A stretch of DNA of 64,000 nucleotides, taken from NCBI GenBank assembly GCA_963674595.2, contig CAXXFV010000016.1, positions 288,001 to 352,000 on the forward strand. The letters are read 5' to 3'. Of the stretch, positions 19,530 through 29,911 are shown one piece after another; within the stretch, counting starts at the first letter, position 1; each line of letters opens with the position of its first letter. This stretch comes from a bacterium. GTDB taxonomy: Bacteria > Zhuqueibacterota > Zhuqueibacteria > Residuimicrobiales > Krinioviventaceae. Position numbers and translations under genes: made by a program. A model generated the notes under the pieces. It ran no database searches. It was given only the letters and a program-made list of their open reading frames with translations, and had not been told where the DNA came from.

Positions 19530-20009
19530 TTATTTCATTTTTATATTTTCATAAACTTTAAATTGATCAAGCATATTTTCCATGCTTCCTTTATCCATTT
19601 TGGGATAAGCCATGATTTGAAATGTCGCTTTATAATCGGGTATTTTTACTCGAATAAAGGACATGGATAAATTCGGGGAGCCCAGGTAAACAGTTTCATA
19701 ATTTTCTCTCATATAGGAGGTTACATTTTTAAAGTTATTGTCTGTTTTGTAATCATTAAAATTTTTTTCAGGGCTTAGGCTGATATTCAACATGCCGCTA
19801 TTACAACTGAATATGGCTTTATACTTCCTGTCTTGGACTGTTTGATCTTGTGCCTCATTTTCAATGCCCGCGCAGTTGTAATTTTTTAGTGATAGGGAAT
19901 TCATCCAATTGGTGAATTTTTCAAATGAATAAAGTGCGGTAAAATCCTGTGCATATACAGAAGCGAAACAGCAAACAAACACAAGAAGGAATGGGATGAT
20001 TTTTTTCAC
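19530..20009 (-). CDS. Secreted hypothetical protein
   Basis: GTG start at 20009 after an AGAAAGGA RBS gives MKKIIPFLLVFVCCFASVYA-Q signal peptide (ORF track starts at 20054). Confidence 0.7.
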   Translation of the reverse strand: MKKIIPFLLVFVCCFASVYAQDFTALYSFEKFTNWMNSLSLKNYNCAGIENEAQDQTVQDRKYKAIFSCNSGMLNISLSPEKNFNDYKTDNNFKNVTSYMRENYETVYLGSPNLSMSFIRVKIPDYKATFQIMAYPKMDKGSMENMLDQFKVYENIKMK

Positions 20010-20202
20010 GATATAATCCTTTCTGTAATTTAAAATGAAAATCCTCAAATACATCGATTTCGTTATTAGCCCTAGTATATTAATTCGTATAAGAGGATTA
20101 ATTGCTTCAAAGTGATGGGGTATTGATTTACTGAAAAACTGGTTTTTAATAAACCATCTTTTGTTTTGGCTGGTCCTTCGGCTCCATCACCTTGGGAGGA
20201 TC

Positions 20203-20231
20203 AATATAAGAATTAAGCCCCAGTATGTCAA
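20203..20231 (-). promoter_or_regulatory. Near-consensus sigma70 promoter
   Basis: Minus-strand TTGACA (20226-20231), 17-nt spacer, TATATT (20203-20208). Confidence 0.7.
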
Positions 20232-20338
20232 ATAGTCCTTATGGTTGGTACATATAAAGGCATTTTTTTTACCCCTTTTACTTAGAAGAAATTCCAGGCG
20301 ATCAGGAATTTCGCTGTCAGGCATAGGGCCGGATTTTT

Positions 20339-21708
20339 TTATTCATGCTGTATGGTTTCTATGGGATTGCTCATCGCGGCCATCAATGTTTTTGAACAAG
20401 CCACAGTTCCCACAATAATCAACACCACTAAACTTCCCGGAAATAAATCACCCGGATTCAAGTCTACACGATAGGCAAAGTTTTTCAAAAAACCGCTGAC
20501 AATAAAATAGCTTGCCGGTAAAGCTATAAGATTTGCGATGATGAACAGCAACATGAATTCGCGGTTAAGAATATTGAGAATTTGACCGACCGATGCACCG
20601 AGTATTTTTCGAAGGTGTTAAAAGTTGGTAAAAACAGGTTCGTCAGCAGCAAACCGATAATAAAGGCAAGGCCGCTAATTAAAGCCGATTCAAACCAAAA
20701 TTGTTTAACAAGCTGCGAGCGCTGTGCACCCAACACTTTGCGTATGCCGACCTCTGTAAATCGGCCTGAAGAACCTCCAACTGTCAGGGTGATAAAATTA
20801 AAACAAGCCATTAATAATATGAGAGTGGCGATAATGGTTAGTATGTATAAATATTTTCGATTGTTAACGGGCTGCAAACCGGAACTGCCGGTTTCGTCAC
20901 CAAGATGATAGTCACTGAGCGGCTGAAATTTTAGTCCCTTTTGCGGCGTATCAAAATATCCGGCTGTTAAATCGATTTGCATGTGTTTTGCAAAAAACGG
21001 TCCCAGTTTTTGTGCAAGGTCATCGATTCGGCAGTTTTCAGATAAACGAATAAAACCGGTTATAAAGTATTTACCCCAATCGTTAAAAGCTGCTGCATGT
21101 TGACCGTGTTTTAGGTTTTCAAAGGGGAGGAGGATTGAAAACTGAATGCTGGAATTATCCTGAAGTAGCCCGGTAATCCCGCGAATGATGTACGATTGTG
21201 CGTGCGTTCTGTGGTTTAAGGTAATTGTTTTACCGATCGGGTCCTCATCTCCAAAATATTTATTGGCTGTTTCTTTGCTCAATACAACGGAAAAACGCTC
21301 TGTTAAAACCTGGTTTGGGTTGCCTTTGGTTAGGGGGAAATGAAACATTTTAAAAAAGTCCGGGTCCGCATAGGTGAGCTTTGTTTCAAAAGAGTTTCCA
21401 TCGACGTTGACAACTCCGTCATCAGAGTATATTCGAACAGCTTGCTCAATTTCAGGGTATGCTTTTGTCAGTTCCGGAAGGAGGGGAACGGATAAACTCG
21501 GAACATCGATAGTTAAAACATCCGGCAGAACGCGATAAATGAATTGGGATTTATGATGAAATTTGTCAAAAGAAAGTTCGTGCTTTAGAAAGAACAAAAT
21601 GAGTGTACAACAGGCAATGCCTATTCCGAGTCCAAAGATATTAATACCGGAATGTATCTTGTTTTTGAATATACTCCTAAAGGCGATTTTAATGTAATTC
21701 GTAATCAT
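20339..21708 (-). pseudogene. MacB/FtsX-family ABC permease with large internal deletion and frameshift
   Basis: N-terminal half (NY.KIAFR, INI.GL.IG, E.SFD.FH, EVGIRKVLGA.R.QL) joins out of frame near 20610 to the C-terminal FtsX end (RKILGASVGQILNILNREFMLL..NPIETIQHE). Confidence 0.85.
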
Positions 21709-21932
21709 TCAGGAATCTCCGTTGACAGTCTATAAAATGTAAATAATCTGGAGTTTATATCTCAAGAGAGAGTTACATAAGGGATGGTTATTGTTCTCTT
21801 TTTTAGAATACCACACCTTGATTTTACTATATCCATTGGGAGAAACCTCCAGGACGATTACATTTTTTTATGCCCATATTAAGAACAATCGATTTGAATT
21901 ATAAACAATGTACGCCAAAGCTACCTTTGTAA

Positions 21933-23120
21933 TTATGATGAAATTGAACTCAAACTTTTACGAAGAACAAAATAACCAGTAATGCCCGAAGCTAATGATC
22001 CCAATATTATACCTAGTCTTTCATCAAATAAAAGATTTACCCCTGTCTCTTCAAATGCGAGCGAACCGATAAAAAGGCTCATCGTAAATCCCACTCCACA
22101 TAACGCTGCCGCACCATATAATGACCCCCAGGACATCCCATTGGGTAAATTAGTGGCTTTTATTTTTATAGCAATCGAACAGAATCCTAAAATTCCAATT
22201 TGCTTACCCAGAAACAACCCCAGCGCAATGCCTAAAGGCACATTATGAAAGATTTCTTGTACACCTAAACCAACGACTTTTATTCCGGCATTAGCAAATG
22301 CAAAAATGGGTAATATAACATATGCTACTACTGAATGTAAATCGTGTTCCATGCTTTTTAACGGAGAATAGTCATTTTTAGTTTTTGACTTGATTGGAAT
22401 AAACATTGCCAGCATCACTCCAGCCAGGGTGGCATGAACTCCCGATTTCAACATAGCAACCCACATTACAATTCCGATTGTTATATATACACTTTTTGAT
22501 TCGATGTTTTGTCTGTTTATTAAGAATAAGACTGGAATACAGCATACAACAACTAAAAGTGCAATGCTGGATATTTTTTCGGTATAAAAAATGGCGATAA
22601 TGATTATTGCGCCTATATCATCAAAAATCGCCAAAGATGTCAGGAATACTTTAATACTTGTAGGAACTTTTGATCCCAATAAGGACAATATGCCCAGAGC
22701 AAATGCAATGTCTGTTGCTGCCGGTATGGCCCAACCTTTCATCGCCGTCGCATCACCAGCGTTGAAATAGATATAAATGAGTGCAGGAATTAGCATCCCG
22801 CCTATCGCACCAACACCGGGAAGGATTATGTTTCTTTTGTTCGATAATTCACCTTCAATCATTTCTCGTTTTAACTCAAGGCCTATGAGAAAAAAGAATA
22901 CGGCCATCAGGCCATCATTAATCCACAATATCAACGGTTTTGCAATTTCCAAGGCGCCTAGTTGAATTTGAACAGGTGTTTCTATTAAAAGAGCATAATA
23001 TGCTTGCAGAGGGGTATTCGCCAGTACTAAAGCTGTTAACATGGCCATCATAAGTAAAATACCACCGGACGATTCCAGTTTTAAAAATTTTGTTATAAAT
23101 GTTTCTTTAGACTTGTCCAT
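21933..23120 (-). CDS. nhaA: Na+/H+ antiporter NhaA
   Basis: WINDGLMA.FF..GLE.KRE, GWAIP.ATDIAFA, LAIFDD, KSGVHAT, G.GFTMSLFI. Confidence 0.96.
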   Translation of the reverse strand: MDKSKETFITKFLKLESSGGILLMMAMLTALVLANTPLQAYYALLIETPVQIQLGALEIAKPLILWINDGLMAVFFFLIGLELKREMIEGELSNKRNIILPGVGAIGGMLIPALIYIYFNAGDATAMKGWAIPAATDIAFALGILSLLGSKVPTSIKVFLTSLAIFDDIGAIIIIAIFYTEKISSIALLVVVCCIPVLFLINRQNIESKSVYITIGIVMWVAMLKSGVHATLAGVMLAMFIPIKSKTKNDYSPLKSMEHDLHSVVAYVILPIFAFANAGIKVVGLGVQEIFHNVPLGIALGLFLGKQIGILGFCSIAIKIKATNLPNGMSWGSLYGAAALCGVGFTMSLFIGSLAFEETGVNLLFDERLGIILGSLASGITGYFVLRKSLSSISS

Positions 23121-23172
23121 TTTACCCTCTACTTTTTTAAACCGAGATTGATTTTAAAATGTGAACTGCCTG

Positions 23173-23919
23173 TTAAAAATGTAAAATCGCTCCAACGGAT
23201 GCATAATGAATCAATGCAAAGTTATACACGGTGTCATTATCGGCGCCGCCTTCTAGTATTCTGTATCCGGCTTTAATATCTATTTTATCGGAAATATTAA
23301 AAATTAATGCGGTGAGAACATCTTCAGCGCGGCCTTGTGGTGCGGCGAGGGCATCACCGTCCACCCATAATGCAAATTTATTAGTAAACTTTAATAACAG
23401 TCTAAAATGAATTATCGGTACAAAACCGATATTCGTTTTTTCAGTTTCTAAACCATTTCCTTTGACGGCAATTTTGGCATCGCGAATTTTGGCGGTAAAA
23501 CCTATTCCCATATTAATTTTTTCTTTACGCAGAAAGTCGTATCTGTAAAATACTCGATAGGAATTGAACATGTATGTCGTTTTCAATGGTGACTTGGCCG
23601 GAAATGTTTCTCCATTGAAAAATAGGTCACGGTATAGCTGTCCGGTTGACTGAATGGACAATGGTGCAAAGAGGCCGCCAAAATGATGACGATTATTAAA
23701 ATTATAGATTATTCTAATTCGGTAGAAAATGCCTGGGTCAGCATCAAGCTCCTCTGAAAGAGAAAATAAAGTTCCCTTGTCCCCGGGAATTCGAACATCG
23801 TTATAGCCACTATTAATAACGCCTGTTTCAATGTCAATATCAATTTGTGAAAAGGCTTTCAGGGACTGTAATAAAAGAATGACTGATAACACAAGTGAAA
23901 AGATGATGTTTTTTTTCAT
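23173..23919 (-). CDS. Outer-membrane beta-barrel-like hypothetical protein
   Basis: Signal peptide, amphipathic strands, C-terminal Phe. Confidence 0.65.
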   Translation of the reverse strand: MKKNIIFSLVLSVILLLQSLKAFSQIDIDIETGVINSGYNDVRIPGDKGTLFSLSEELDADPGIFYRIRIIYNFNNRHHFGGLFAPLSIQSTGQLYRDLFFNGETFPAKSPLKTTYMFNSYRVFYRYDFLRKEKINMGIGFTAKIRDAKIAVKGNGLETEKTNIGFVPIIHFRLLLKFTNKFALWVDGDALAAPQGRAEDVLTALIFNISDKIDIKAGYRILEGGADNDTVYNFALIHYASVGAILHF

Positions 23920-24049
23920 ATCGTTCTCCTTATATCTATCAATTGAATATTACGTATTCTGTTAATTGGGCGCAAGGGATTTTTCTATAAATTTTATAAT
24001 GAAATAAATCTTATTGGTAATCCCCTTGTCAGATTGTAAAAAGCACAAT

Positions 24050-24769
24050 TTACCCCTGAAACATGTCCGTCATTTTTTCATAAAAGAGCTGTGTGATTTC
24101 TTTGGAGGAAAGGTGTTGAATGGTGTGCCAGGAAACAGGGGCGCCGAATTGCAGCGTCATTTTCCCGGGTTTGATTAATAAACTGCCTTTACGGTTTATG
24201 TTATAAGCGCCTGTCATAATAATGGGGACAATATCCACCTCGGCTTTTTGGGCCAGGGTAAAAGACCCGCGTTTAAAAGGTTTTATATCGCCGTCCAAAG
24301 TTCTGCCTCCCTCGGGGAGGATCAGTACGGACGTGCCGTTATCGATTTTGCTTTTGGCATTGTGCAGGCTTTTTACCGCGTTACGGGCATTGGTACGGCT
24401 GATGGGGATCATACCCAGGCGGCGGATCAACGGACCGTAAATGGGCCAGTTAAAATGTTCATCAAGTTCCACGCCGCGTACAAAATTGGGGATCATGCCG
24501 TAAAGAACAAATCCGTCAAAAAGATTAACATGGTTGGACAGGAACAGGTAGGTGTTTTCCTTTTTAATGTGGTCCAAACCTTTTACATCAATTTTTATAA
24601 AAAGGGCCCGTATCAGTAGCCGGCACCAGGCTTTGATAAACGGATCAAATTTTTTCGGATTTATAAGAAATGTCAACAGAATGGTGACAAATACACTGGG
24701 CAGAAAAACACATAATCCACTTGTCCATAAAAATATGGAAATCAAATTTTCTTTTAATCTTTTCATCAT
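24050..24769 (-). CDS. plsC: 1-acyl-sn-glycerol-3-phosphate acyltransferase family
   Basis: NHxxxxD (NHVNLFD), PEGGR, FKRG motifs. Confidence 0.85.
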   Translation of the reverse strand: MMKRLKENLISIFLWTSGLCVFLPSVFVTILLTFLINPKKFDPFIKAWCRLLIRALFIKIDVKGLDHIKKENTYLFLSNHVNLFDGFVLYGMIPNFVRGVELDEHFNWPIYGPLIRRLGMIPISRTNARNAVKSLHNAKSKIDNGTSVLILPEGGRTLDGDIKPFKRGSFTLAQKAEVDIVPIIMTGAYNINRKGSLLIKPGKMTLQFGAPVSWHTIQHLSSKEITQLFYEKMTDMFQG

Positions 24770-25653
24770 TTATCAAATATTTTAATTTTTTGTGGAAGAA
24801 CAGAGACTGTTATAGGGGTTTGGCCTGTAAATTCACCGTCCGGCGTTAATATTTTGGCTTCGCCGGGACGAAAAACGAATTCTTTGCCTGTGAATGTTTC
24901 GGCTTGGGGCATGGTTAAATGGGTGCCTTTAAAAATTTTCGGCAACGCTGATAAAAGACCGGTGCGGGAAATTTTGTTTAATAAAACCACATCCAGCAGG
25001 CCGTCATCAATTTTTGCCTGAGGGGCCATAATCATATCGCCGCCGGTTTTAGTCGAGTTGCTTATTTCAACAAAAATATTATCACGCTTGTAGGGAATAC
25101 CATCGATTTCAAATTCGAGCTGAAAAGATTTTAAATTTGCTGTTATAATAAAAACAGCAATAACATAGCTCAAAGCGCCCCATCTTTTATACTGTGATGC
25201 TTTTTTGGCAACGTCCGAAACAAAACCGAAACCGAGGATGTTGATAAAATAAAAAGAGCGGTCAGGACAAACACATTTCCCCAGGTCAACCTGTCGTGTT
25301 TTGCCGTTTATAATGTTATGAACGGCGTCATCCAGAGATTCAATGCTTAAATCTTTTGAAAAAGAGTTGCCGGTCCCAACGGGAACAACGCCTAACGGCA
25401 CCGGAAGATTATCGTTTCCGCGCATCATGCCGTTTATAACTTCAAATAATGTTCCGTCACCTCCCAGGGCGACAATACCATCCCACGGACGATTTACTTC
25501 CTGTTGAGCAATTTCGGTTAAATGACCGGCATATTCTGAATATCGGCATTCAACTTTAATGTCTTTTTCTTTAAAAGCTTTCAGCGCTTTTTCGGCGACA
25601 ATTTTTCCCTTTTTTCTTCCGGCAAGCGGATTTACAAGTAAAAGCAATTTCAT
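24766..25653 (-). CDS. Diacylglycerol/lipid kinase family (YegS/DgkB-like)
   Basis: NP.AG, GGDGT..EV.NG, P.GTGN, DDGLLD, DGE. Confidence 0.9.
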   Translation of the reverse strand: MKLLLLVNPLAGRKKGKIVAEKALKAFKEKDIKVECRYSEYAGHLTEIAQQEVNRPWDGIVALGGDGTLFEVINGMMRGNDNLPVPLGVVPVGTGNSFSKDLSIESLDDAVHNIINGKTRQVDLGKCVCPDRSFYFINILGFGFVSDVAKKASQYKRWGALSYVIAVFIITANLKSFQLEFEIDGIPYKRDNIFVEISNSTKTGGDMIMAPQAKIDDGLLDVVLLNKISRTGLLSALPKIFKGTHLTMPQAETFTGKEFVFRPGEAKILTPDGEFTGQTPITVSVLPQKIKIFDK

Positions 25654-25984
25654 GATGAACTCGGTTTTTTGTGAATGGATTAAAAGGCCGGTTAAAGGTT
25701 GAATTTAATGACTGACACAGGCGGCATATCTTAAGTTTAAAAAAATTACATGATTTTGAATCAATAATAATAGAATAAAAAAGTCAAAAACACAAGTAGA
25801 AATCAAAAAAAATATGATTCTATTTTTTAAAATTGTGTGGAATATTGGTTAGGATTTTTTATTATTTCCAAACAATATATTTTTAAAGTCGAAAATTCTT
25901 GGCTTTTACAGGATAAATGCCTAAATTGCCTTAATTTTTAAAATTATAATTATTATGTATTGGTATTTTAAGGAAACGTAAATT

Positions 25985-27427
25985 ATGAATCGAAAAGGAT
26001 TTCTGTTGTCTGCAGCGCTAATGCTGACTTTATCAGTAGCTGCTTTCGCCGGTGAGCATGGTGGCGCTCATCACAGCGGTCCAAATTTAGGTGAGATATT
26101 ACCTTTGTGGAGTGTTATTCCCTTTGTTGGTATTTTATTGTCAATTGCTCTTTTTCCTTTGTTTGCAGAGAAATTCTGGCACCATCATTTTGGAAAGATC
26201 TCCGCTTTTTGGGCTTTACTTTTTGCTATCCCCTTTGTTATTGCCTATGGACATTCGGCCCTTTATGAAATATTTCATATCTATTTGATTGACTATATTC
26301 CATTTATTGTTTTGCTATGGGCCTTGTTCACAGTTTCCGGTGGAATTCTCGTTAAAGGAACATTAAAAGGAAAACCGGTAACAAACCTTGTCATTTTGAT
26401 TATTGGAACTGTCATTGCTTCATGGATTGGAACAACTGGTGCTTCCATGGTATTAATTCGTCCTATTTTGCGTGCTAATTCGGGACGTAAGAATAAAATG
26501 CATATTGTCATCTTTTTTATTTTCCTCGTTAGTAATATCGGTGGTTCACTGACGCCTTTGGGTGACCCGCCATTGTTTTTAGGCTTTTTGCACAGCGTGC
26601 CTTTTTTCTGGACTTTTCACCTTTTCAGTGAAATGCTTTTTGTTGTTGTTATTCTCTTGGGATTGTTCTTTTTACTGGATACCATTTTATATAATAAAGA
26701 CAAAAAGGCCGGTAATATTGAGGAAGATAATTCCGAAGTTATGCCGATTCGCATTGAGGGATTGCACAATTTGCTCTTTTTACTTGGTATAATCGGTGGT
26801 GTTTTAATGAGCGGTTTGATCCACATGGGTTCTGTAACGGTTCTTGGTGTACACATGGAAATTCAAAATATTTTACGTGATGTTATTTTAATATCAATGG
26901 GACTTTTATCTCTTAAAACAACCCGAAAAGATATCCGGGAAGGTAATGAATTTACCTGGTTTCCAATTCAGGAGGTTGCCTATCTTTTTGCCGGTATTTT
27001 TATGTGTATTATTCCTGCGCTTGCCATGTTAAAGGCAGGATCGCACGGTGCGCTGGCTTTTATCATCGAAGCTGTAAAACAACCCTGGCATTACTTTTGG
27101 ATCACCGGTTCATTATCAAGTTTCCTGGATAATGCCCCAACCTATTTAACATTCTTAAATACGTCTCTTGGTAATTTTTATGCCGGTTTACCTGAAAAAG
27201 AAGCAGTTGCCAAACTTATTGCTGAGAATGCAATATACCTGAAAGCAATTTCAACCGGTGCAGTATTTATGGGAGCAAATACATATATTGGAAATGCACC
27301 CAATTTTATGGTTCGTTCCATTGCTGAAGAATCCGGCTTAAAAATGCCGAGTTTCTTTGGCTATATGTTATGGTCTGTTTTGATTCTTATTCCGGTCTTT
27401 TTGCTTGTTACTTTAGTGTTCTTTTAG
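25985..27427 (+). CDS. IT-superfamily sodium:proton antiporter / CitMHS-like transporter
   Basis: IGTTGASM, NIGGSLTPLGDPPLFLGF, SSFLDNAPTY, TYIGNAPNFMV; many TM helices. Confidence 0.85.
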   Translation: MNRKGFLLSAALMLTLSVAAFAGEHGGAHHSGPNLGEILPLWSVIPFVGILLSIALFPLFAEKFWHHHFGKISAFWALLFAIPFVIAYGHSALYEIFHIYLIDYIPFIVLLWALFTVSGGILVKGTLKGKPVTNLVILIIGTVIASWIGTTGASMVLIRPILRANSGRKNKMHIVIFFIFLVSNIGGSLTPLGDPPLFLGFLHSVPFFWTFHLFSEMLFVVVILLGLFFLLDTILYNKDKKAGNIEEDNSEVMPIRIEGLHNLLFLLGIIGGVLMSGLIHMGSVTVLGVHMEIQNILRDVILISMGLLSLKTTRKDIREGNEFTWFPIQEVAYLFAGIFMCIIPALAMLKAGSHGALAFIIEAVKQPWHYFWITGSLSSFLDNAPTYLTFLNTSLGNFYAGLPEKEAVAKLIAENAIYLKAISTGAVFMGANTYIGNAPNFMVRSIAEESGLKMPSFFGYMLWSVLILIPVFLLVTLVFF

Positions 27428-27441
27428 ATTGTAGAATAAAT

Positions 27442-27475
27442 AAAAAACCCCGATCATTTGACCGGGGTTTTTTTT
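27442..27475. terminator. Bidirectional intrinsic terminator
   Basis: AAAAAACCCCG..CGGGGTTTTTTT between convergent genes. Confidence 0.85.
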
Positions 27476-27488
27476 ATTTATCAGAAAT

Positions 27489-27938
27489 CTATAAATATCG
27501 GATCAGTGAAACTTCATCACAATCGGGAAACTTGGGGCAATGTAAACAGTCTTTCCATACTTTATGGGGCAGGTCTTTTTTATCAATATCATCAAATTCT
27601 AATTTTTTAAAAAATTCAGGTTTATAGGTCAATGTAAAAACTTTGGGTAGTTCCAGGTCTCTGGCATCCTGAATTAAAAATTCGACAATATTTCGTCCCA
27701 GTCCTTTGCCTACAAAATCCGGTGCAATGGCAAGCGACCGAATTTCGGCAATGTCATCCCACACCACATGAAGAGCACCGCAGCCAATGATCTTTTCTTC
27801 ATTTTTTATAACAATATAGTCCCTTAATGAATTGTAAACATCTGCCTGAGAGCGCCCCAGCATTTCACCTTTGGCGGCGTAAAAATTTACCAATTTAACG
27901 ATTTCAGGGACATCTTTAATTTTTGCTCGATTTATCAT
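27489..27938 (-). CDS. argA: Short GNAT-type N-acetylglutamate synthase
   Basis: AEIRSLA, G.G.G, VF.LTY, LPHKVW.DC..C.KFP.CDE; last gene of the arg cluster. Confidence 0.8.
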   Translation of the reverse strand: MINRAKIKDVPEIVKLVNFYAAKGEMLGRSQADVYNSLRDYIVIKNEEKIIGCGALHVVWDDIAEIRSLAIAPDFVGKGLGRNIVEFLIQDARDLELPKVFTLTYKPEFFKKLEFDDIDKKDLPHKVWKDCLHCPKFPDCDEVSLIRYL

Positions 27939-29134
27939 TTTTTTCTCACTTGTTGAATTGCTTTCACAAATTTAGATACAGCCATATCAATGTGCTGTTT
28001 TTCGATAATTAAAGGAGGTAAAAAACGTGCCGTATTATTGCCTGCTTTACAAATTAACAATCGCTGATTTAAACATTCTTTAATAATGTTCTGCGGATCA
28101 AAAGAAAATTCAACGCCCAGCATAAGTCCTGTGCCTCTGACCTCTTTGATTTCCGGATAATCAGTTTTAAGCTGTTCCAGTGATGTTTTTAAATACGCAC
28201 CCATTTCTTTTACATTTTTTAAAAAGGCCGGTTCAGAAATTATCTGGATGACTTTTTCGGCAACGGCCGTTATCAGGGGGCCTCCGCCGAATGTTGAGCC
28301 GTGGTTCCCGGGCTCTATGTATTGTGCGGCTTTATTATTCATTAAAATTGCTCCTATAGGTAAACCGCCGGCGAGTGGTTTTGCTATGGTCATAATATCG
28401 GGTTGAATATTATATTGTTCATAGGCGCAAAATGTACCTGTTCGCCCGATACCGCACTGGATCTCATCAAAAATTAATAAACAATTAAACTCGTCGCATA
28501 ATTTTTTCAATTCGACAAGAAAATCTTTATCTGCTGCAAAGATACCGCTTTCACCCTGTATGGGTTCGATAAGAACAGCACAGGTATCATCACTAATCAA
28601 ATTTCGCACAGAATCAATATCATTAAACTCGGCAAAGTTAAAGCCGGGAACGATTGGATGGAACCCTTCCCAGAATTTTGGTTGTCCGGTGGCGGATACA
28701 GCCGCATAGGTTCTGCCGTGAAAAGAGTTTCTAAAAGTGATAATGTTTGATGCTTTTTCACCTTTTGTTTTATATCCCCATTTACGGGCGATTTTGATGG
28801 CCCCTTCCATTGCTTCTGCGCCGCTGTTACTGAAAAAAACTTTGTCGGCAAAGGTATGTTTAACCAATAGTTCTGCTGTTTTAATTTGCGGCTCATTATG
28901 GTATAAATTGGAACAATGCCATAGTTTGTCCGCTTGTTTTTTTAAAGTATCTGTTAATACAGGGTGTTGATATCCCAAAGCGTTTACGGCAATTCCGGCA
29001 ACACAGTCGAGATATTCGTTTCCCTCTTTGTCATACAAAAAGACACCTTTGCCGTGGTCCAGAACAAATTCCGGTCTGCTATAGGTGTTTAAAAGTACGC
29101 CTTGCGCTAATTTATTTATTTCAATTGAATTCAT
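27935..29134 (-). CDS. argD: Acetylornithine aminotransferase
   Basis: NSGAEA.E, SFHGRT, EPIQGE.G, DEIQCG.GRTG, HGSTFGG. Confidence 0.92.
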   Translation of the reverse strand: MNSIEINKLAQGVLLNTYSRPEFVLDHGKGVFLYDKEGNEYLDCVAGIAVNALGYQHPVLTDTLKKQADKLWHCSNLYHNEPQIKTAELLVKHTFADKVFFSNSGAEAMEGAIKIARKWGYKTKGEKASNIITFRNSFHGRTYAAVSATGQPKFWEGFHPIVPGFNFAEFNDIDSVRNLISDDTCAVLIEPIQGESGIFAADKDFLVELKKLCDEFNCLLIFDEIQCGIGRTGTFCAYEQYNIQPDIMTIAKPLAGGLPIGAILMNNKAAQYIEPGNHGSTFGGGPLITAVAEKVIQIISEPAFLKNVKEMGAYLKTSLEQLKTDYPEIKEVRGTGLMLGVEFSFDPQNIIKECLNQRLLICKAGNNTARFLPPLIIEKQHIDMAVSKFVKAIQQVRKK

Positions 29135-29137
29135 TTA

Positions 29138-29911
29138 TTATTCCTTAATCATTGTTCCGTTTTCCGGTGGTTTTTCCAACAGATTTGTCAATGTGTTTTC
29201 ATTTTGCCATTGGGCAATATAAACCCGTTTTACACCGTCTTTTATTGCCTTAAAGATGGATTCCATTTTTGCAACCATACCATCTTTAATAATTCCCTGT
29301 TGAATCAGTTCCTTGCCTTCGGAAATTGTCAACTGCGATAATGTTTTGTCACCGGATTTGACGCCGGGAACGTCCGTAAAGTAAACCAGATCGGTACATT
29401 GCGCAGCAACAGCAACGGCTGCGGCTGCCGTATCTGCATTGACGTTATAGGATTGTCCTATTTCATTTGTGGAGACCGGTGAAATGACGGCCACTTTATC
29501 CTTTATGATTTTTGTCAAATGTTCGGCATTTACCTGTTTTATTTGCCCGACAAAACCATAGTCTTTATTGTTTTTACGATAAGGTTCCACAATAATCATG
29601 TTGTCTGTTTTACCGGACATTCGTTCCGTTGTAACACCGTATTTTTCCAGGAAATCAGCAATTCGTTTGTTCACTGTGTTGGAAAGGACATCTTCCACAA
29701 TTTCCATATCCTCGGCGCGGGTGGCACGGATACCGTCAATAAATTCAAAAGGGCGGTCCGCTGCTTTTAACGCATTTGAAATCTCTACGCCGCCGCCGTG
29801 AACGATAATGAACTGGGAATCCGGCATGTTTTGAATAGCAGTTGCCAGTTCTTTAAATCCCTGTTCTCCTTCCAAGGCACGTCCGCCGATTTTTATTAAT
29901 ACTCTTTTCAT
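29138..29911 (-). CDS. argB: Acetylglutamate kinase
   Basis: IKIGG, VHGGG, G.R.T, NVNAD, TDVPGV, GM..K. Confidence 0.92.
   Translation of the reverse strand: MKRVLIKIGGRALEGEQGFKELATAIQNMPDSQFIIVHGGGVEISNALKAADRPFEFIDGIRATRAEDMEIVEDVLSNTVNKRIADFLEKYGVTTERMSGKTDNMIIVEPYRKNNKDYGFVGQIKQVNAEHLTKIIKDKVAVISPVSTNEIGQSYNVNADTAAAAVAVAAQCTDLVYFTDVPGVKSGDKTLSQLTISEGKELIQQGIIKDGMVAKMESIFKAIKDGVKRVYIAQWQNENTLTNLLEKPPENGTMIKE

Noticed and set aside
20165-20195. GGTGATGGAG / GCCGAAGG (minus strand) as a fluoride or glycine riboswitch
   Set aside because: The short pairing partner of the fluoride motif and the GGAGA/CUCAGG elements of the glycine motif are absent; kept only as an unclassified structure
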